A stretch of DNA of 64,000 nucleotides from Acidobacteriota bacterium (GCA_049967655.1 JBMFSH010000010.1:26155-90154), one strand, 5' to 3'; shown: positions 30,948 through 41,825, counted from the stretch's first letter. The notes: generated from the sequence alone by a model not told the origin. A program made the numbers and translations.

Positions 30948-33413
30948 TCAGTTTCGGGAGCCGCGCTCGCGGCTGAGGAGGGCGGCGGCGGCGTTGGGTT
31001 CGACGGGGCCGTGGAAGTAGAAGCCCTGGGCGAAGTCGCATTGGATGCCGCGCAGCAGCTCCGCCTCTTCCACGGTCTCCACGCCCTCGGCCACGACCAC
31101 GAGTCCGAGGTTCTTGGCGAGCGCCACGATGGTCCGCACGATCTCCATGTTCTGGCTGCTGCGGCCGATGCCGGAGATGAAGGAGCGGTCTATCTTGAGG
31201 GCGTCGATGGGGAACTGGTGCAGGTAGCTGAGCGAGGAGTAGCCGGTCCCGAAGTCGTCGATCTGCACCCTCACGCTCAGCGCCCGGAGCGAGGAGAGCA
31301 CCGCGATGGCCGCCTCGGAGTTCTCCACGATGGTTCCCTCGGTGATCTCGATGCCCAGCGATCCACCCTGGAGGCCCGCCTGGAAGAGGGCCCGGTTCAC
31401 CTGCTCGATGAGGTCCGGCTGGGCCAGGTTCCGGCTGGAGAGGTTCACGCTCACGGTGATAGGGGAGGCGGAAGGGAAGCTGGACTGCCAGGCGCTGGTC
31501 TGTCGGCACGACTCGGCGAGCACCCATTTCGCGATGGGGACGATGAGGCCCGTCTCCTCTGCGACGGGGATGAACTCCTCGGGGAGGACGAGCCCGCGCT
31601 TGGGATGCTGCCACCTCAGCAGGGCCTCGAAGCCCGCGATCTTGCCGGTGGCCATGGAGACGATGGGCTGGTAGTGGATGCGGAGCTCGCGCCGTTCGAG
31701 GGCCCTGCGCAGGTCGTTCTCGGTCTGGAGGACCTGAACGGCGCTCTCGTGCATGGAGGCGTCGAAGATCTCGTGCCTGGCCCGCCCGCGCGACTTGGCC
31801 TTGTACATGGCCGTGTCCGCGTCCCTCAGGAGCTGCTCGGGTGTGTCGTAGCCGCGGGTGCTGAAGGCGATGCCGATGCTGCACGTGGCGTACACCTCGT
31901 GTCCGCACACGCTGAAGGCGGCCTCGAGCTCGTGGTGGATCCGGGAGGTGAAGCCATCCGTCTCTCGCTCGGTCCGGATGTTTTCGAGGAGAATCCCGAA
32001 CTCGTCTCCGCCGAGGCGCGCCAGGATGTCGTCGGAACGGAGGCAGCCCTTGAGCCTCTTGGCCACGGCCACCAGAAGCTCGTCACCCGCCACGTGGCCC
32101 AGGCTGTCGTTCACGAACTGGAAGCGGTCCACGTCCAGGAACAGGAGGGCGAAGGCGTAGCTCGGGTCCAGGCGGGAGCGGAGGATGGCGGCCTGCAGCC
32201 GCTCCAGGAAGAGGAAGCGGTTGGCCAGCCCCGTGAGCCCGTCTATGGCGGCGTCGTGGCGGATCTGCTCCTCGCCCATCTTGCGGTCGTTGATGTCGAC
32301 GAGGGTGCCCGTGAGGCGCAGGGGCGTACCGTCTTCGGAGCGGAAGGCCAGGCCGCGGCAGGCCACCCAGACGTAGCTGCCGTCCTTGTGCTTCAGGCGG
32401 TGCTCGCAGTCCACCATGGCGCTCCGGCCCTCCAGGTGGGCCTCGATGGCCGCCTGGAGGAGTTCGCGGTCGTCGGGATGCACGCGGCCGAGCCACTCCT
32501 GGACGCCGCTTCCCACCTCCGCCTCCGCGTGGCCGAGCATCTCCTTCCAGCGGGGCGAATAGTCGATCTCCTCGGTGCGCAGGTTCCAATCCCAGAAGCC
32601 CTCGATGGCGCCCCTGGCGGCGAGGGCGAAGCGGGCCTCGCTCTCCCTCAGGGCCTCCTGGGTGCGCTTGACCTGGGAGACGTCCTCTATCAGGCCGTCC
32701 ATGACCAGTTGCCCGTTGTGGGATGATCCGATGCTCTCGGTGAGGAGCACCCAGATCACCTCGCCGTCCATGCGCCGGAGCTTGAGCTCGGTCCGGTGGA
32801 TGTGGCCGTGGTGGCGCATCTGATCGAGCAGCCTCACCCGGTCGTCGGCTCCGACGAAGAGCTCCTGGAGCCTGACTCCCTGCGCCTCCAGAAGGCTCTG
32901 GAACCCGAGCATCCGGAGAAAGGCGGGGTTGGCCTCGAGGATCTGGCCGTCCGCCGTGGAGCGGAAGATGCCCACGTTGATGCGCTGGAGGAGGCCGTTC
33001 AGCCGGCGCTCCAGCCTGACGGACTGGGTCCTGGCCCGGGACCGGCCGATCAGGCCGAGGATAGTGGATTGGAGGCGGCGCAGGTAGCCCGGCGTTCGGA
33101 GGATGTAGTTGTCCAGCCCACGGCGCAGGGCCTCGACGGCTTCGCTCTCCCGGCTCGGGGTGGTCAAGAGGACCGTGGGGCATTCCGGGTGGAGGCCCCG
33201 GATCTCCTCCACGAGCCCGCGGACCTTGGCCCAGGGAACGGAGCCATCCAGGATCACGACGTCAAAGCCCGACTCAGCGAGGCGCTCGTGGAGTGCCTCC
33301 GGAGTCGCGGCAACCTTCAGATCAAGATCGGGGAAATCTTCAGAGAGGGCCTTTTTCAGCGGGAGGCGGGCGCCAGCTTCGTGCGTCACCAGCAGGACCG
33401 CCAATTTCTCCAC
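30948..33413 (-). CDS. REC-PAS-PAS-GGDEF-EAL diguanylate cyclase/phosphodiesterase
   Basis: Receiver domain, two PAS domains, intact GGDEF, EAL and DDFGTG motifs; start uncertain. Confidence 0.93.
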   Translation of the reverse strand: MEKLAVLLVTHEAGARLPLKKALSEDFPDLDLKVAATPEALHERLAESGFDVVILDGSVPWAKVRGLVEEIRGLHPECPTVLLTTPSRESEAVEALRRGLDNYILRTPGYLRRLQSTILGLIGRSRARTQSVRLERRLNGLLQRINVGIFRSTADGQILEANPAFLRMLGFQSLLEAQGVRLQELFVGADDRVRLLDQMRHHGHIHRTELKLRRMDGEVIWVLLTESIGSSHNGQLVMDGLIEDVSQVKRTQEALRESEARFALAARGAIEGFWDWNLRTEEIDYSPRWKEMLGHAEAEVGSGVQEWLGRVHPDDRELLQAAIEAHLEGRSAMVDCEHRLKHKDGSYVWVACRGLAFRSEDGTPLRLTGTLVDINDRKMGEEQIRHDAAIDGLTGLANRFLFLERLQAAILRSRLDPSYAFALLFLDVDRFQFVNDSLGHVAGDELLVAVAKRLKGCLRSDDILARLGGDEFGILLENIRTERETDGFTSRIHHELEAAFSVCGHEVYATCSIGIAFSTRGYDTPEQLLRDADTAMYKAKSRGRARHEIFDASMHESAVQVLQTENDLRRALERRELRIHYQPIVSMATGKIAGFEALLRWQHPKRGLVLPEEFIPVAEETGLIVPIAKWVLAESCRQTSAWQSSFPSASPITVSVNLSSRNLAQPDLIEQVNRALFQAGLQGGSLGIEITEGTIVENSEAAIAVLSSLRALSVRVQIDDFGTGYSSLSYLHQFPIDALKIDRSFISGIGRSSQNMEIVRTIVALAKNLGLVVVAEGVETVEEAELLRGIQCDFAQGFYFHGPVEPNAAAALLSRERGSRN

Positions 33414-33575
33414 CCAACGCCTCCGTGGGACATGCCCGTGTCGGGCATCGCAGCAGGCCGATGACCGGCTACGCCCCCGCACGCCGCTGCGAGGAAGCTA
33501 CCACAAACCCGGGGCGGCCACAACGGAGGTTTTGCCGCCGCAAAGGCGGCGGGGACCGGGGGCGAAAGGGAGGGG

Positions 33576-33608
33576 AAACAAAGAGGGCGGGCCGAGCGGC
33601 CCGCCCTC
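33576..33608 (-). terminator. Intrinsic terminator after the RND gene
   Basis: 11-bp GC stem followed by TTTGTTT on the minus strand. Confidence 0.7.
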
Positions 33609-33632
33609 GGATGCGCGGAGAAACCCTTCGGA

Positions 33633-36600
33633 CTACTTGACCTCTGGAATCGTGGACCCGTTCGCCGAACGCGACAGGCGCCCGCTGAGGAGCGACTGGA
33701 GGCGGTCCATGTAGAGGTAGAAGACCGGCGTCACGAACAGGGTTAGGAACTGGGAGAAGAGCAGGCCGCCGACGACGGCCAGGCCCAGGGGGCGGCGCGA
33801 TTCGGCGCCGGCGCCCATGCCCAGGGCGATGGGGAGCGTGCCCATGAGGGCCGCCATGGTGGTCATCATGATGGGCCGGAAGCGAATGACGCAGGCTTCG
33901 TAGATGGCTTCGGCGGCGGGCTTGTTCTCTTTGCGCTGGGCCTCCAGGGCGAAGTCGATCATCATGATGCCGTTCTTCTTCACGAGGCCCACGAGCATGA
34001 TGATGCCCACGAATGCGTAGATGGAGAGGTCCACGCGGAAGATGAGCAACGTAACCAAAGCGCCGAAACCGGCGAAGGGGAGAGCCGAGAGAATGGTCAG
34101 AGGGTGAATGAAACTCTCGTAGAGGATGCCCAGCACCAGGTAGATCACCAGGATTGCCAGCAGCAGGAGCCAGCCCAGGCCCTTGGTGCTCGCCTGGAAG
34201 GCCTGCGCCGTGCCCTGGAGGCTCATGGTGAGGGTGGGTGGGACGATGCCCCTGGCCAGCTTCTGGACAGCGTCCACGGCGTTTCCGAGGGGGGTGCCGG
34301 GAGCGAGGTTGAAGGAGACCGTCACGGAGGGGATCTGGCCGGTGTGGTTGATGGAGAGGGGGCCGAGGTCGCGCGTGATCTTGGCCACCGCGTCGAGGGG
34401 CACCACTTTCCCCGAGGAGGAGGGAACGTACAGCATGGAGAGGGCCGACGGATCCGTCTGGAAACGGTCCTCCAGCTCGAGGATCACCTGGTAGGTGTTG
34501 TTGGGCGCGTATATGTAGGAGATCTGCCGGGAACCGTAGGCGTCGTAGAGCGTGTTTTCTATGGCCTCGGCCGTGACACCGTAGGACGAGGCCTTGTCCC
34601 GCTCGATCTGGACCTCCACCTGGGGGTTCTTGATCTGCAGGTCGCTGGTGACGTCGATGAGGCCGGGCAGGGCCCTCATCTTGTTCTCCAGCTCGGTGGC
34701 CACGCTGTAGAGCTCCTGCGTGTCGGAGCCCTGGAGCGTCACCTGGTAGAGGCTCTTGGAGAGGCGCCCGCCGATCTGGATGGGCGGCGGGTTCTGGATG
34801 AAGGCCATGATGCCCGGCACCGACATGAGCTGGGGCCGCATCCGGGCGATTTCTTGGTCCACGCTGAGCTTGCGCTCCGACAGGGGTTTGAAGCGGATGA
34901 AACAGATGCCTTGGTTGGGGGCCAGGAAGCCTCGGCTCCCCGCCGTGGAGAAGAAGGCGTCCACGTCCGGATTGGCCTGGATGATTCGGTTGATGGCCTG
35001 CTGATGGCGGATCATGGCGTCGTAGGAGATGCCCTCCTTGGCCTGGGTGAAGACCATGGCGCGGCTGGCGTCCTCGCTGGGCAGGAAGCCCTTGGGGATG
35101 ACGACGAAGAGCCAGCCCGTGAGCACCAGCACGACGGCCGAGAAGATCATCACCAGCCGCCGGTGGCCGATGGACCACTTGAGCCCGCGCTCGTACCAGC
35201 CGAGCATCCAGTTGAAGCCCCTTTCGGAGAGGTCGTAGATGCGGCCGTGGTGGACCTCCGACTGGTGTTTGAGAAAGCGGCTGGCGAGCATGGGCGTGAG
35301 GGTCAGCGAGACGAAGCCCGAGATGAGGATGGCCGATCCGATGGTGACGGCGAACTCGTGGAAGAGCCGCCCCACGATGCCCCCCATGAAGAGGACGGGA
35401 ATGAAGACGGCCACCAGGGAGAAGGTCATGGAGAGGATCGTGAAGCCGATCTCCTTGGACCCTTCCAGGGAGGCCTCCAGGATGCCCTTCCCCATCTCCA
35501 TGTGCCGGACGATGTTCTCGAGCATGACGATGGCGTCGTCCACCACGAAACCGACCGCCAGGGTCAGGGCCATCAGCGAGAGGTTGTCCAGGCTGTAGCC
35601 CAGCAGGTACATGAGGGCGAAAGTTCCCACCAGCGACATGGGCAGGGCCAGGCTCGGGATGACCGTGGCGGACACGTTCCGCAGGAAAAGGAAGATGACC
35701 AGGATGACCAGGATGAGGGTCAGCAGGAGGGTGAACTTCACGTCCGAGACGGACTGCTTGATGGAGGTCGAGCGGTCGTACAGGGTGTGAAGCGTCACGG
35801 AGGCGGGGATCTGCCGCTCGAAGGTGGGAATCAGATCCTTGACCGCCTGGGCCACAGCCACGGTGTTGGTCCCCGGCTGCCGCTGGATGGCCAGGACCAC
35901 GGATCGCTGGTTGTGGGTGTGGTCGATGTACCAGGCGGAGGTCTTGTCGTTCTCCACGCTGTCGAGCACGTGGCCGAGGGCCTCGAGGCGCACGGGCTGG
36001 CCGTTCTGATAGGTCACGATGAGAGGCCGGAAGGCGGAGGCGTCCTCGAGCTGGCCGCTGGCCTGCACCGTGTAGGAGACGTGGGGCCCGTAGAGCGTTC
36101 CCGTGGGCAGGTTGACGTTCCCGCTGGAGATGGCGTTGGCCACCTGATCGAGGCTGATTCCCTTGTTGGCGAGCTTGTTGGGGTCCATCTGCACGCGGAC
36201 GGCGTACTTCTGCGAACCGTAGACCTGCACCTGGGCCACGCCGCTCACCATGGAGATGCGCTGGGCCATGAGGGTCTCGCCGTAGTCGTCCACCTGGCTC
36301 ATGGGGAGCGTGGGGGAGGTCAGGGCGAGGTAGAGGATGGGCTGGTCCGCGGGGTTCACCTTCTGGTAGGAGGGCGGCGTCGGCATGCCGGTGGGGAGCT
36401 GGCCCTGGGCCACCGAGATGGCCGACTGCACGTCCAGGGCTGCGCCGTCCAGGCTGCGATCGAGGGCGAACTGCAAGGTGATCGAGGTGGAGCCCTGGTA
36501 GCTCGTGGAGGTCATGGAGTCGATGCCCGCGATGGTGGAGAACTGCTTCTCCAGCGGCAGGGCCACGGCCGAGGCCATGGTCTCGGGGGTGGCGCCGGGG

Positions 36601-36752
36601 AGGGAGGCGCTCACCTGGATCGTGGGGAAGTCCACGTTGGGCAGGTCGTTGACGGGCAGGAGCCGGTACCCCGTGATGCCGAAGAGGAGGATGGCCAGCA
36701 TGACAAGCGTTGTCATGACCGGCCGCTTGATGAAGAGCGCGGAGATGTTCAT
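33633..36752 (-). CDS. RND efflux permease (MdtB/C-like)
   Basis: FIKRPV, GFVVDDAIV, VKKNGI, RFRPIMMT motifs; 1039 aa. Confidence 0.96.
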   Translation of the reverse strand: MNISALFIKRPVMTTLVMLAILLFGITGYRLLPVNDLPNVDFPTIQVSASLPGATPETMASAVALPLEKQFSTIAGIDSMTSTSYQGSTSITLQFALDRSLDGAALDVQSAISVAQGQLPTGMPTPPSYQKVNPADQPILYLALTSPTLPMSQVDDYGETLMAQRISMVSGVAQVQVYGSQKYAVRVQMDPNKLANKGISLDQVANAISSGNVNLPTGTLYGPHVSYTVQASGQLEDASAFRPLIVTYQNGQPVRLEALGHVLDSVENDKTSAWYIDHTHNQRSVVLAIQRQPGTNTVAVAQAVKDLIPTFERQIPASVTLHTLYDRSTSIKQSVSDVKFTLLLTLILVILVIFLFLRNVSATVIPSLALPMSLVGTFALMYLLGYSLDNLSLMALTLAVGFVVDDAIVMLENIVRHMEMGKGILEASLEGSKEIGFTILSMTFSLVAVFIPVLFMGGIVGRLFHEFAVTIGSAILISGFVSLTLTPMLASRFLKHQSEVHHGRIYDLSERGFNWMLGWYERGLKWSIGHRRLVMIFSAVVLVLTGWLFVVIPKGFLPSEDASRAMVFTQAKEGISYDAMIRHQQAINRIIQANPDVDAFFSTAGSRGFLAPNQGICFIRFKPLSERKLSVDQEIARMRPQLMSVPGIMAFIQNPPPIQIGGRLSKSLYQVTLQGSDTQELYSVATELENKMRALPGLIDVTSDLQIKNPQVEVQIERDKASSYGVTAEAIENTLYDAYGSRQISYIYAPNNTYQVILELEDRFQTDPSALSMLYVPSSSGKVVPLDAVAKITRDLGPLSINHTGQIPSVTVSFNLAPGTPLGNAVDAVQKLARGIVPPTLTMSLQGTAQAFQASTKGLGWLLLLAILVIYLVLGILYESFIHPLTILSALPFAGFGALVTLLIFRVDLSIYAFVGIIMLVGLVKKNGIMMIDFALEAQRKENKPAAEAIYEACVIRFRPIMMTTMAALMGTLPIALGMGAGAESRRPLGLAVVGGLLFSQFLTLFVTPVFYLYMDRLQSLLSGRLSRSANGSTIPEVK

Positions 36753-36882
36753 GGCGTCTCCTCTACGCGTAGGCCCTCAGGGAGCCGGGCGGATTGGGGG
36801 GTTGGGCGCCGGAGGTCCGCTCGTAGAGGCACTCTCCGGAGCGCGATTCTTGGGCTCCCAGGCGCGGCCGGTCTCCCGTTCA

Positions 36883-38067
36883 TCACTTCCCGCCTCCCGG
36901 CGCGGGCGAGCTTCCCGCGTCTTGCGTGGGGGCGGGGCCGCTCTTGATCTCGACCTTCGCCCCGGGGAAGAGCCGGAGCTGGCCGTCGGTGACGACCTCC
37001 TCGCCGGCCTGGAGTCCCTTTTCGATGATGGCTTCGTCGTTTCGCCGCTGGCCCACCGTGACGGGCCGCATCTCGACGGTGCGATCGGGTTTGACCACGA
37101 AGAGGTAGGTGCCCTGCTGCCCTTCTTGGACGGCCTTGTCCGGCACCACGACGGCCCCCTTCTGCGTGCCGAGCGTCAGGGAGACCTGGACAAAGGAGCC
37201 CGGCCAGAGTGCCTTGTCCTCGTTGGGAAAGGTAGCCTTGAGCAGGATCATGCCGGTGTTGGGGTCGACCGTGTTGTTGATGAGGCTTAATTCGCCCTCG
37301 AAGGTGGCGCCGCCGGAGGGCAGCACAGCCGAGACCTTCAACGGCCCGCTGGCCTGCTGGCGGCGGATCTCGGGCAGTTCGGATTCGGGGACCGAGAAGT
37401 TCACGTAGATGGGGGTGATCTGATTGAGGACGAGAACGGGCACGTCGTTGGCCTTTATCACGTTGCCGAGCTGCACGAGGAGGTTGCTCGTCCGTCCCGG
37501 AATGGGGGCGCGGACCGTGCAGTAGCCGAGGTTCAGCCGCGCCGCCTGCACGGCCGCCTCATCGGCCTGGGCGGACGACCGGAGGGCGTCGGCGGCGGCC
37601 ACCGCGTTATCGAAGTCCTGCTTGGTGATGTAATCCTTTTTCACCAGGTCCGCGTAGCGCTTGGCTTGGGCCTCGGCGCTCACCAACTGGGCCTTGTCCC
37701 TGGCCAGGATCCCCTGGGCCTGCTGGAGGGCGGCCTCGTAGGGACGCGGATCGATGACGAATAGAACATCGCCCTTCTTGACGTCCTGGCCCTCCTTGAT
37801 GGCGATCCGGGTGATCTCGCCTCCTACGAGGGGCTTGATGCTGACGGAGTTGTAGGCCTGCACGGTGCCGATGGCGCTGAGGACGATGGGCACGTCCTTG
37901 TGCGCGGATTCGGCCACCGTGACGGGGGCCGGAGGCATGCCGCCCTTCTTTTGCGCGCGGCCGCAGGCGGAGAGGAGGGCGAAGGCGAGGAGGGTGGCGA
38001 CGGCGGCCAGCCGGCGACTGCGCGTCGGGGAGGCGAGGAAACGAGGGTTGGCGACGGGGCGTCTCAT
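36883..38067 (-). CDS. RND periplasmic adaptor (MFP, MdtA-like)
   Basis: Lipoprotein signal LSAC; IDPRPY and VRAPIPG motifs. Confidence 0.93.
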   Translation of the reverse strand: MRRPVANPRFLASPTRSRRLAAVATLLAFALLSACGRAQKKGGMPPAPVTVAESAHKDVPIVLSAIGTVQAYNSVSIKPLVGGEITRIAIKEGQDVKKGDVLFVIDPRPYEAALQQAQGILARDKAQLVSAEAQAKRYADLVKKDYITKQDFDNAVAAADALRSSAQADEAAVQAARLNLGYCTVRAPIPGRTSNLLVQLGNVIKANDVPVLVLNQITPIYVNFSVPESELPEIRRQQASGPLKVSAVLPSGGATFEGELSLINNTVDPNTGMILLKATFPNEDKALWPGSFVQVSLTLGTQKGAVVVPDKAVQEGQQGTYLFVVKPDRTVEMRPVTVGQRRNDEAIIEKGLQAGEEVVTDGQLRLFPGAKVEIKSGPAPTQDAGSSPAPGGGK

Positions 38068-39548
38068 GGCTTCTTGTCCTTCTCCACCGCAACGGGGGCG
38101 GCCAATTCGCTGTGCTGGTCGGCAACGGTGAGGGTCCCGGTATCGTGCGCGAGCTGCGCGAGAGCCATGTACCAGTTCACGTCCGCCTGGACCCGCTGGG
38201 CCCTGGCGCTGGCGAGGGCGCTCTGGGCGGAGAGGAGGTCGAGGATGCTGCCCACGCCGGCCTTGTAACGTCCCAGGGCCACGTGTTGCGATTCGGTGGC
38301 GCTCTCGAGCAGGTCGTGGCTCGTCTTGACCTGCTGCCGAGCGGTGCGGAGCTGGTAGTAGCTCGACCACACCTGAAAGGTGACCTCCTGCTCGAGGCTC
38401 GAAAGGCTGGCGTTGGCCGCGTCTTCGTCGGCCTTGGCCTGGATGACGTTGTACTGCTGGGTGAAGCCGGTGAAGAGGGGGATGCTCAGCACGACGCCGA
38501 GGTTGTAAGTGTTCCCGTAAGCGTTCCGGCTGTCGTAGTAGATCCGGCCCAGGCTCGCGCTTCCGTTTAGGGAGGGGCGGCCCTCGGCCTTGACGGTACG
38601 GACGTGGGCCGCCGCCTTCTCCGCCAGTGCTCGCGCGGCGGAGAGGTCGGGGCGGTTGGCCTCCGCCTGGGAGAGGAACTTATCCACCGCCTGCAAGGCC
38701 TGGTCGGTGTTGGGCTCCTTGGATGGGATCCCCACGTCGTAGGGGGTGTTGGCGGGAAGCCCCATGGCCGTCGCCAGGGCGCCGCGGGTGGTCTGGATCT
38801 GCCCTTCGAGCCCGTCGAGCGTGAGCTGGGCCTGGGCCAGGCTCGTCTTGGCCTGGAGGACGTCGGCGATGGTGGCCACCCCCGCCTTGTGCATGGCCTG
38901 AGCGGCGTCGAGGTTGGTCTGGGCCTCCTTGACGCTCTCCTCTTGGGCGTTGTAGAGGGCCTTGGCGGCCACGTACTGGTAGTAGGCCTGCTCCACGGCC
39001 AGGGTCACGTTCTGCAGCATGGCGTTGTGGCTGAAATCGGCGGAGATGAGGGCCTGCCGCTTCTCGTCCACGGCCGCCGCCTGGCCGCCGAAGTTGTAGA
39101 GGAGCCAATTGAGGGAGAGCTGGGGTTCGTAGCTGCGCTGGTAGTAGGAGATCTTGCCGTTCGCGAAGGCCCCCTCGGTGCGGTCGTAGTTGGCCTGGGC
39201 CGAAACTTGCGGGTAGTAGTTGCCCTTCTGGCTGCCGTAGGCCGCCGCGGCCGAGCGCGCCTGCGCCCACGCCTCGGCGGTCAGGGGGCTGTTGCGCAGG
39301 GCGATGTCCACCACGTCCAAAAGGGTGAGGTTCTGGCTCCTTTGGAGAAGGTCCTGCGGAATGGCCGGAGTGGGTGCGACGGCCGGAGTGGGTGCTTGCA
39401 GGACCTTGGCGGGCGGGCTCCAGGGTTTGTCGGGCGAGGGCGACGTGGCCGGAACCCCGTAGACCTTGGGGGGATTGTGCACGCAGCCGGCCAGGACGGC
39501 CAGCCCCAGTGAAAGGAGCGCCCCGGTCAATCGGCTTGGCGAGGTCAT
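38064..39548 (-). CDS. TolC family outer membrane factor
   Basis: LAGC lipobox, two OEP repeats, YKAGVGSILDLL. Confidence 0.92.
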   Translation of the reverse strand: MTSPSRLTGALLSLGLAVLAGCVHNPPKVYGVPATSPSPDKPWSPPAKVLQAPTPAVAPTPAIPQDLLQRSQNLTLLDVVDIALRNSPLTAEAWAQARSAAAAYGSQKGNYYPQVSAQANYDRTEGAFANGKISYYQRSYEPQLSLNWLLYNFGGQAAAVDEKRQALISADFSHNAMLQNVTLAVEQAYYQYVAAKALYNAQEESVKEAQTNLDAAQAMHKAGVATIADVLQAKTSLAQAQLTLDGLEGQIQTTRGALATAMGLPANTPYDVGIPSKEPNTDQALQAVDKFLSQAEANRPDLSAARALAEKAAAHVRTVKAEGRPSLNGSASLGRIYYDSRNAYGNTYNLGVVLSIPLFTGFTQQYNVIQAKADEDAANASLSSLEQEVTFQVWSSYYQLRTARQQVKTSHDLLESATESQHVALGRYKAGVGSILDLLSAQSALASARAQRVQADVNWYMALAQLAHDTGTLTVADQHSELAAPVAVEKDKKP

Positions 39549-40210
39549 GGCCGGCTCCCCAGCGGTGTGCGGCTTCGCGGCTCGGCGGCCCCTGCCAAGA
39601 GGCCGTGGAAAAGGAGCTCGATGATCAACCGCGCGTCCTCCTCCAGGGGCCCCGGTCTTTCTTCCCACAATCGCTGTCCAATCATGGCGATATTGGCCTC
39701 CATCAGCATGGCCGCCACCTTCGTGGCGTCCAAAGGCTTGAAAAGGTTCTCCGCAATTCCGTCGCGGATGCAGTCGGCAATCTTGTCCACCATGACCCGA
39801 TAGGGGTCGCTGCGCTGGCGGTTGAACCTGGACTTCGCCGACTGGCGCTGCCAGAGCAGGACCCTGTAGAACTCTCTGTGTTCGTCGAAGTAGCCGAGGT
39901 GCCTCTCCACGAGCCTCTTCAGCCTCTCGTAGGGCGGAAGCGGCCCCTGCAACAGAGCCAGCAGCTCCTTTCGGAGCGGTTCGAGGCTGGACTCCTTGAC
40001 CGACTCGAGAAGGTCGCTCTTGTCCTTGAAGTAGGTGTAGAGGGTTCCCTTGGCCACGCCCGCCTCAGCGGCCACGTTCTCCATCGTGAGGCCTGCGTCG
40101 CCCTTCTGGGCGAGGACGCGGATGACCCCCTCGTGGATGGCGTCGCGGGTCAGCTGCTCCCAGCGGCTGCGCCGCTCGCTCTTGGCGGGGGTGCACGGTT
40201 TCGATTTCAA
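39545..40210 (-). CDS. TetR/AcrR family regulator
   Basis: VAAEAGVAKGTLYTYFKDK helix-turn-helix. Confidence 0.93.
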   Translation of the reverse strand: MKSKPCTPAKSERRSRWEQLTRDAIHEGVIRVLAQKGDAGLTMENVAAEAGVAKGTLYTYFKDKSDLLESVKESSLEPLRKELLALLQGPLPPYERLKRLVERHLGYFDEHREFYRVLLWQRQSAKSRFNRQRSDPYRVMVDKIADCIRDGIAENLFKPLDATKVAAMLMEANIAMIGQRLWEERPGPLEEDARLIIELLFHGLLAGAAEPRSRTPLGSRP

Positions 40211-40235
40211 GGAGACTTACCTTGCCTTCCCCTGT

Positions 40236-40297
40236 CGACCTGTTGGTCACCAGTTGAACCAGCGGGTCATAATACGTACTTTCCAGTCATGCGTCAA
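40236..40297 (-). promoter_or_regulatory. Sigma70 promoter TTGACG-N17-TATTAT overlapped by three TGAC-N6-GT sites at 20-bp spacing
   Basis: -35 at 40292-40297, -10 at 40269-40274; GTCA at 40246, 40266, 40286. Confidence 0.7.
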
Positions 40298-40346
40298 GGA
40301 GGTACAACAACGCGAGGGAGCTCCGTATTGCCTGTTCGCCGCGGGC

Positions 40347-41762
40347 TCAGAGGATGTACTTGCTCAGGTCCTGGTTACCCACCAGTTCCTTGAGGCAATC
40401 GTCGATGTAGGGTTTGTCGATGGTCACCTTGGTGCCGCTCAGATCGGGCGCGTTGAAGGAGATCTCGTCCATGATTCGCTCCAGGACGGTGTGGAGCCGG
40501 CGCGCGCCGATGTTCTCAAGCTGATCGTTGATGGCGCTCGCGTACTCCGCCATGGCCACGACGGCGTCATCGGTGAAGACCACCTCCACCCCTTCCGTGG
40601 CAAGGAGCGCGGTGTACTGGAGGATGAGGGCGTTCTCCGGCTCGCGCAGGATCCGCACGAAGTCCTCCTTGCCCAGGGAGGTGAGCTCCACCCGGATGGG
40701 GAAGCGCCCCTGGAGTTCGGGCAGCAGATCGCTGGGTTTGGTCATGTGGAAGGCGCCGGCGGCGATGAAGAGAATGTGGTCGGTGCGGACCAGACCGTAG
40801 CGGGTATTGACGCGCGTTCCCTCCACGATGGGCAGGAGGTCCCGCTGGACGCCTTCTCGGCTCACGTCGGGGCCGTGGCCGCCTGAGCTGCGGCCGGCCA
40901 CCTTGTCGATCTCGTCCAGAAAGATGATGCCGTGCTGTTCCGCGCGCTCCACGGCCTCCCTCGCGATCTCGTCCTTGTCGATGAGCTTCTCCTCCTCCTC
41001 CCGGGCGAGCAGGTCGAGGGCCTCCAGCACCTTGACCTTGCGGGTTTTGCGCCGCCCACCCATGAGCCCGGGGAGGATGTCGTTGAGGTTGAAGCCCATC
41101 TCCTCCATGCCGGCCGGTGTGAAGACGCGCATGGAGGCGCCCCCCTCGGCCACCTCCACGTCCACCGTCTTGTCGTTCATGCGGCCGGCTCTCAACCATT
41201 CGCGCATGCGCTCCCGGGAGCTTGTGACATTCGCTGTCGCCGGGGGCGGTTCCCAGGCCTGGGAGCCTTCCTCCTGGGGGGACGCCTGACCGGGCGTGTA
41301 GACGGGCGCGGGCGGGAGGAGGAGATCCAACACCCGCTCTTCGGCGGCCTCGCGGGCCTTTTCCTGCACCGACGCCGCCTTCTCGGCCCGCACCAGGTTG
41401 TAGGCGATCTCCGCCAGGTCGCGGATCATGGACTCCACGTCCCGCCCGACGTAGCCCACCTCGGTGAACTTGCTGGCCTCGATTTTCAGGAACGGGGAGG
41501 CAGTGAGTCTGGCCAGGCGGCGGGCGATCTCGGTCTTCCCGACGCCCGTGGGCCCGATCATGATGATGTTCTTGGGCGCCACCTCGTCCTTCAGTTCGGG
41601 CGGAACCGACTGCCGGCGCACTCGGTTGCGCAGAGCCACGGCGACGGAGCGCTTGGCCTGCTTCTGGCCGATAATGAACTTGTCCAGCTCCTCCACGATC
41701 CGCTTGGGGGTCAGCGGATCTTCGAGCCTGTTGTAGAGCGATCCTGGTTCTGTCTTGATCAT
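40347..41762 (-). CDS. hslU: ATP-dependent protease ATPase subunit HslU
   Basis: GPTGVGKT, FTEVGYVG, GARRL motifs. Confidence 0.97.
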   Translation of the reverse strand: MIKTEPGSLYNRLEDPLTPKRIVEELDKFIIGQKQAKRSVAVALRNRVRRQSVPPELKDEVAPKNIIMIGPTGVGKTEIARRLARLTASPFLKIEASKFTEVGYVGRDVESMIRDLAEIAYNLVRAEKAASVQEKAREAAEERVLDLLLPPAPVYTPGQASPQEEGSQAWEPPPATANVTSSRERMREWLRAGRMNDKTVDVEVAEGGASMRVFTPAGMEEMGFNLNDILPGLMGGRRKTRKVKVLEALDLLAREEEEKLIDKDEIAREAVERAEQHGIIFLDEIDKVAGRSSGGHGPDVSREGVQRDLLPIVEGTRVNTRYGLVRTDHILFIAAGAFHMTKPSDLLPELQGRFPIRVELTSLGKEDFVRILREPENALILQYTALLATEGVEVVFTDDAVVAMAEYASAINDQLENIGARRLHTVLERIMDEISFNAPDLSGTKVTIDKPYIDDCLKELVGNQDLSKYIL

Positions 41763-41825
41763 GATTTCTCCAGCGAAGGGTTGGGCTTGAGGCGACGGGG
41801 CGGGGGATGGGGCGGATGGGCCCGG

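Noticed and set aside
34104..36947. 947-aa plus-strand ORF and similar long antisense ORFs (11227, 24594, 30582, 57418)
   Set aside because: Shadows of real genes caused by GC-rich codon usage; no recognisable motifs
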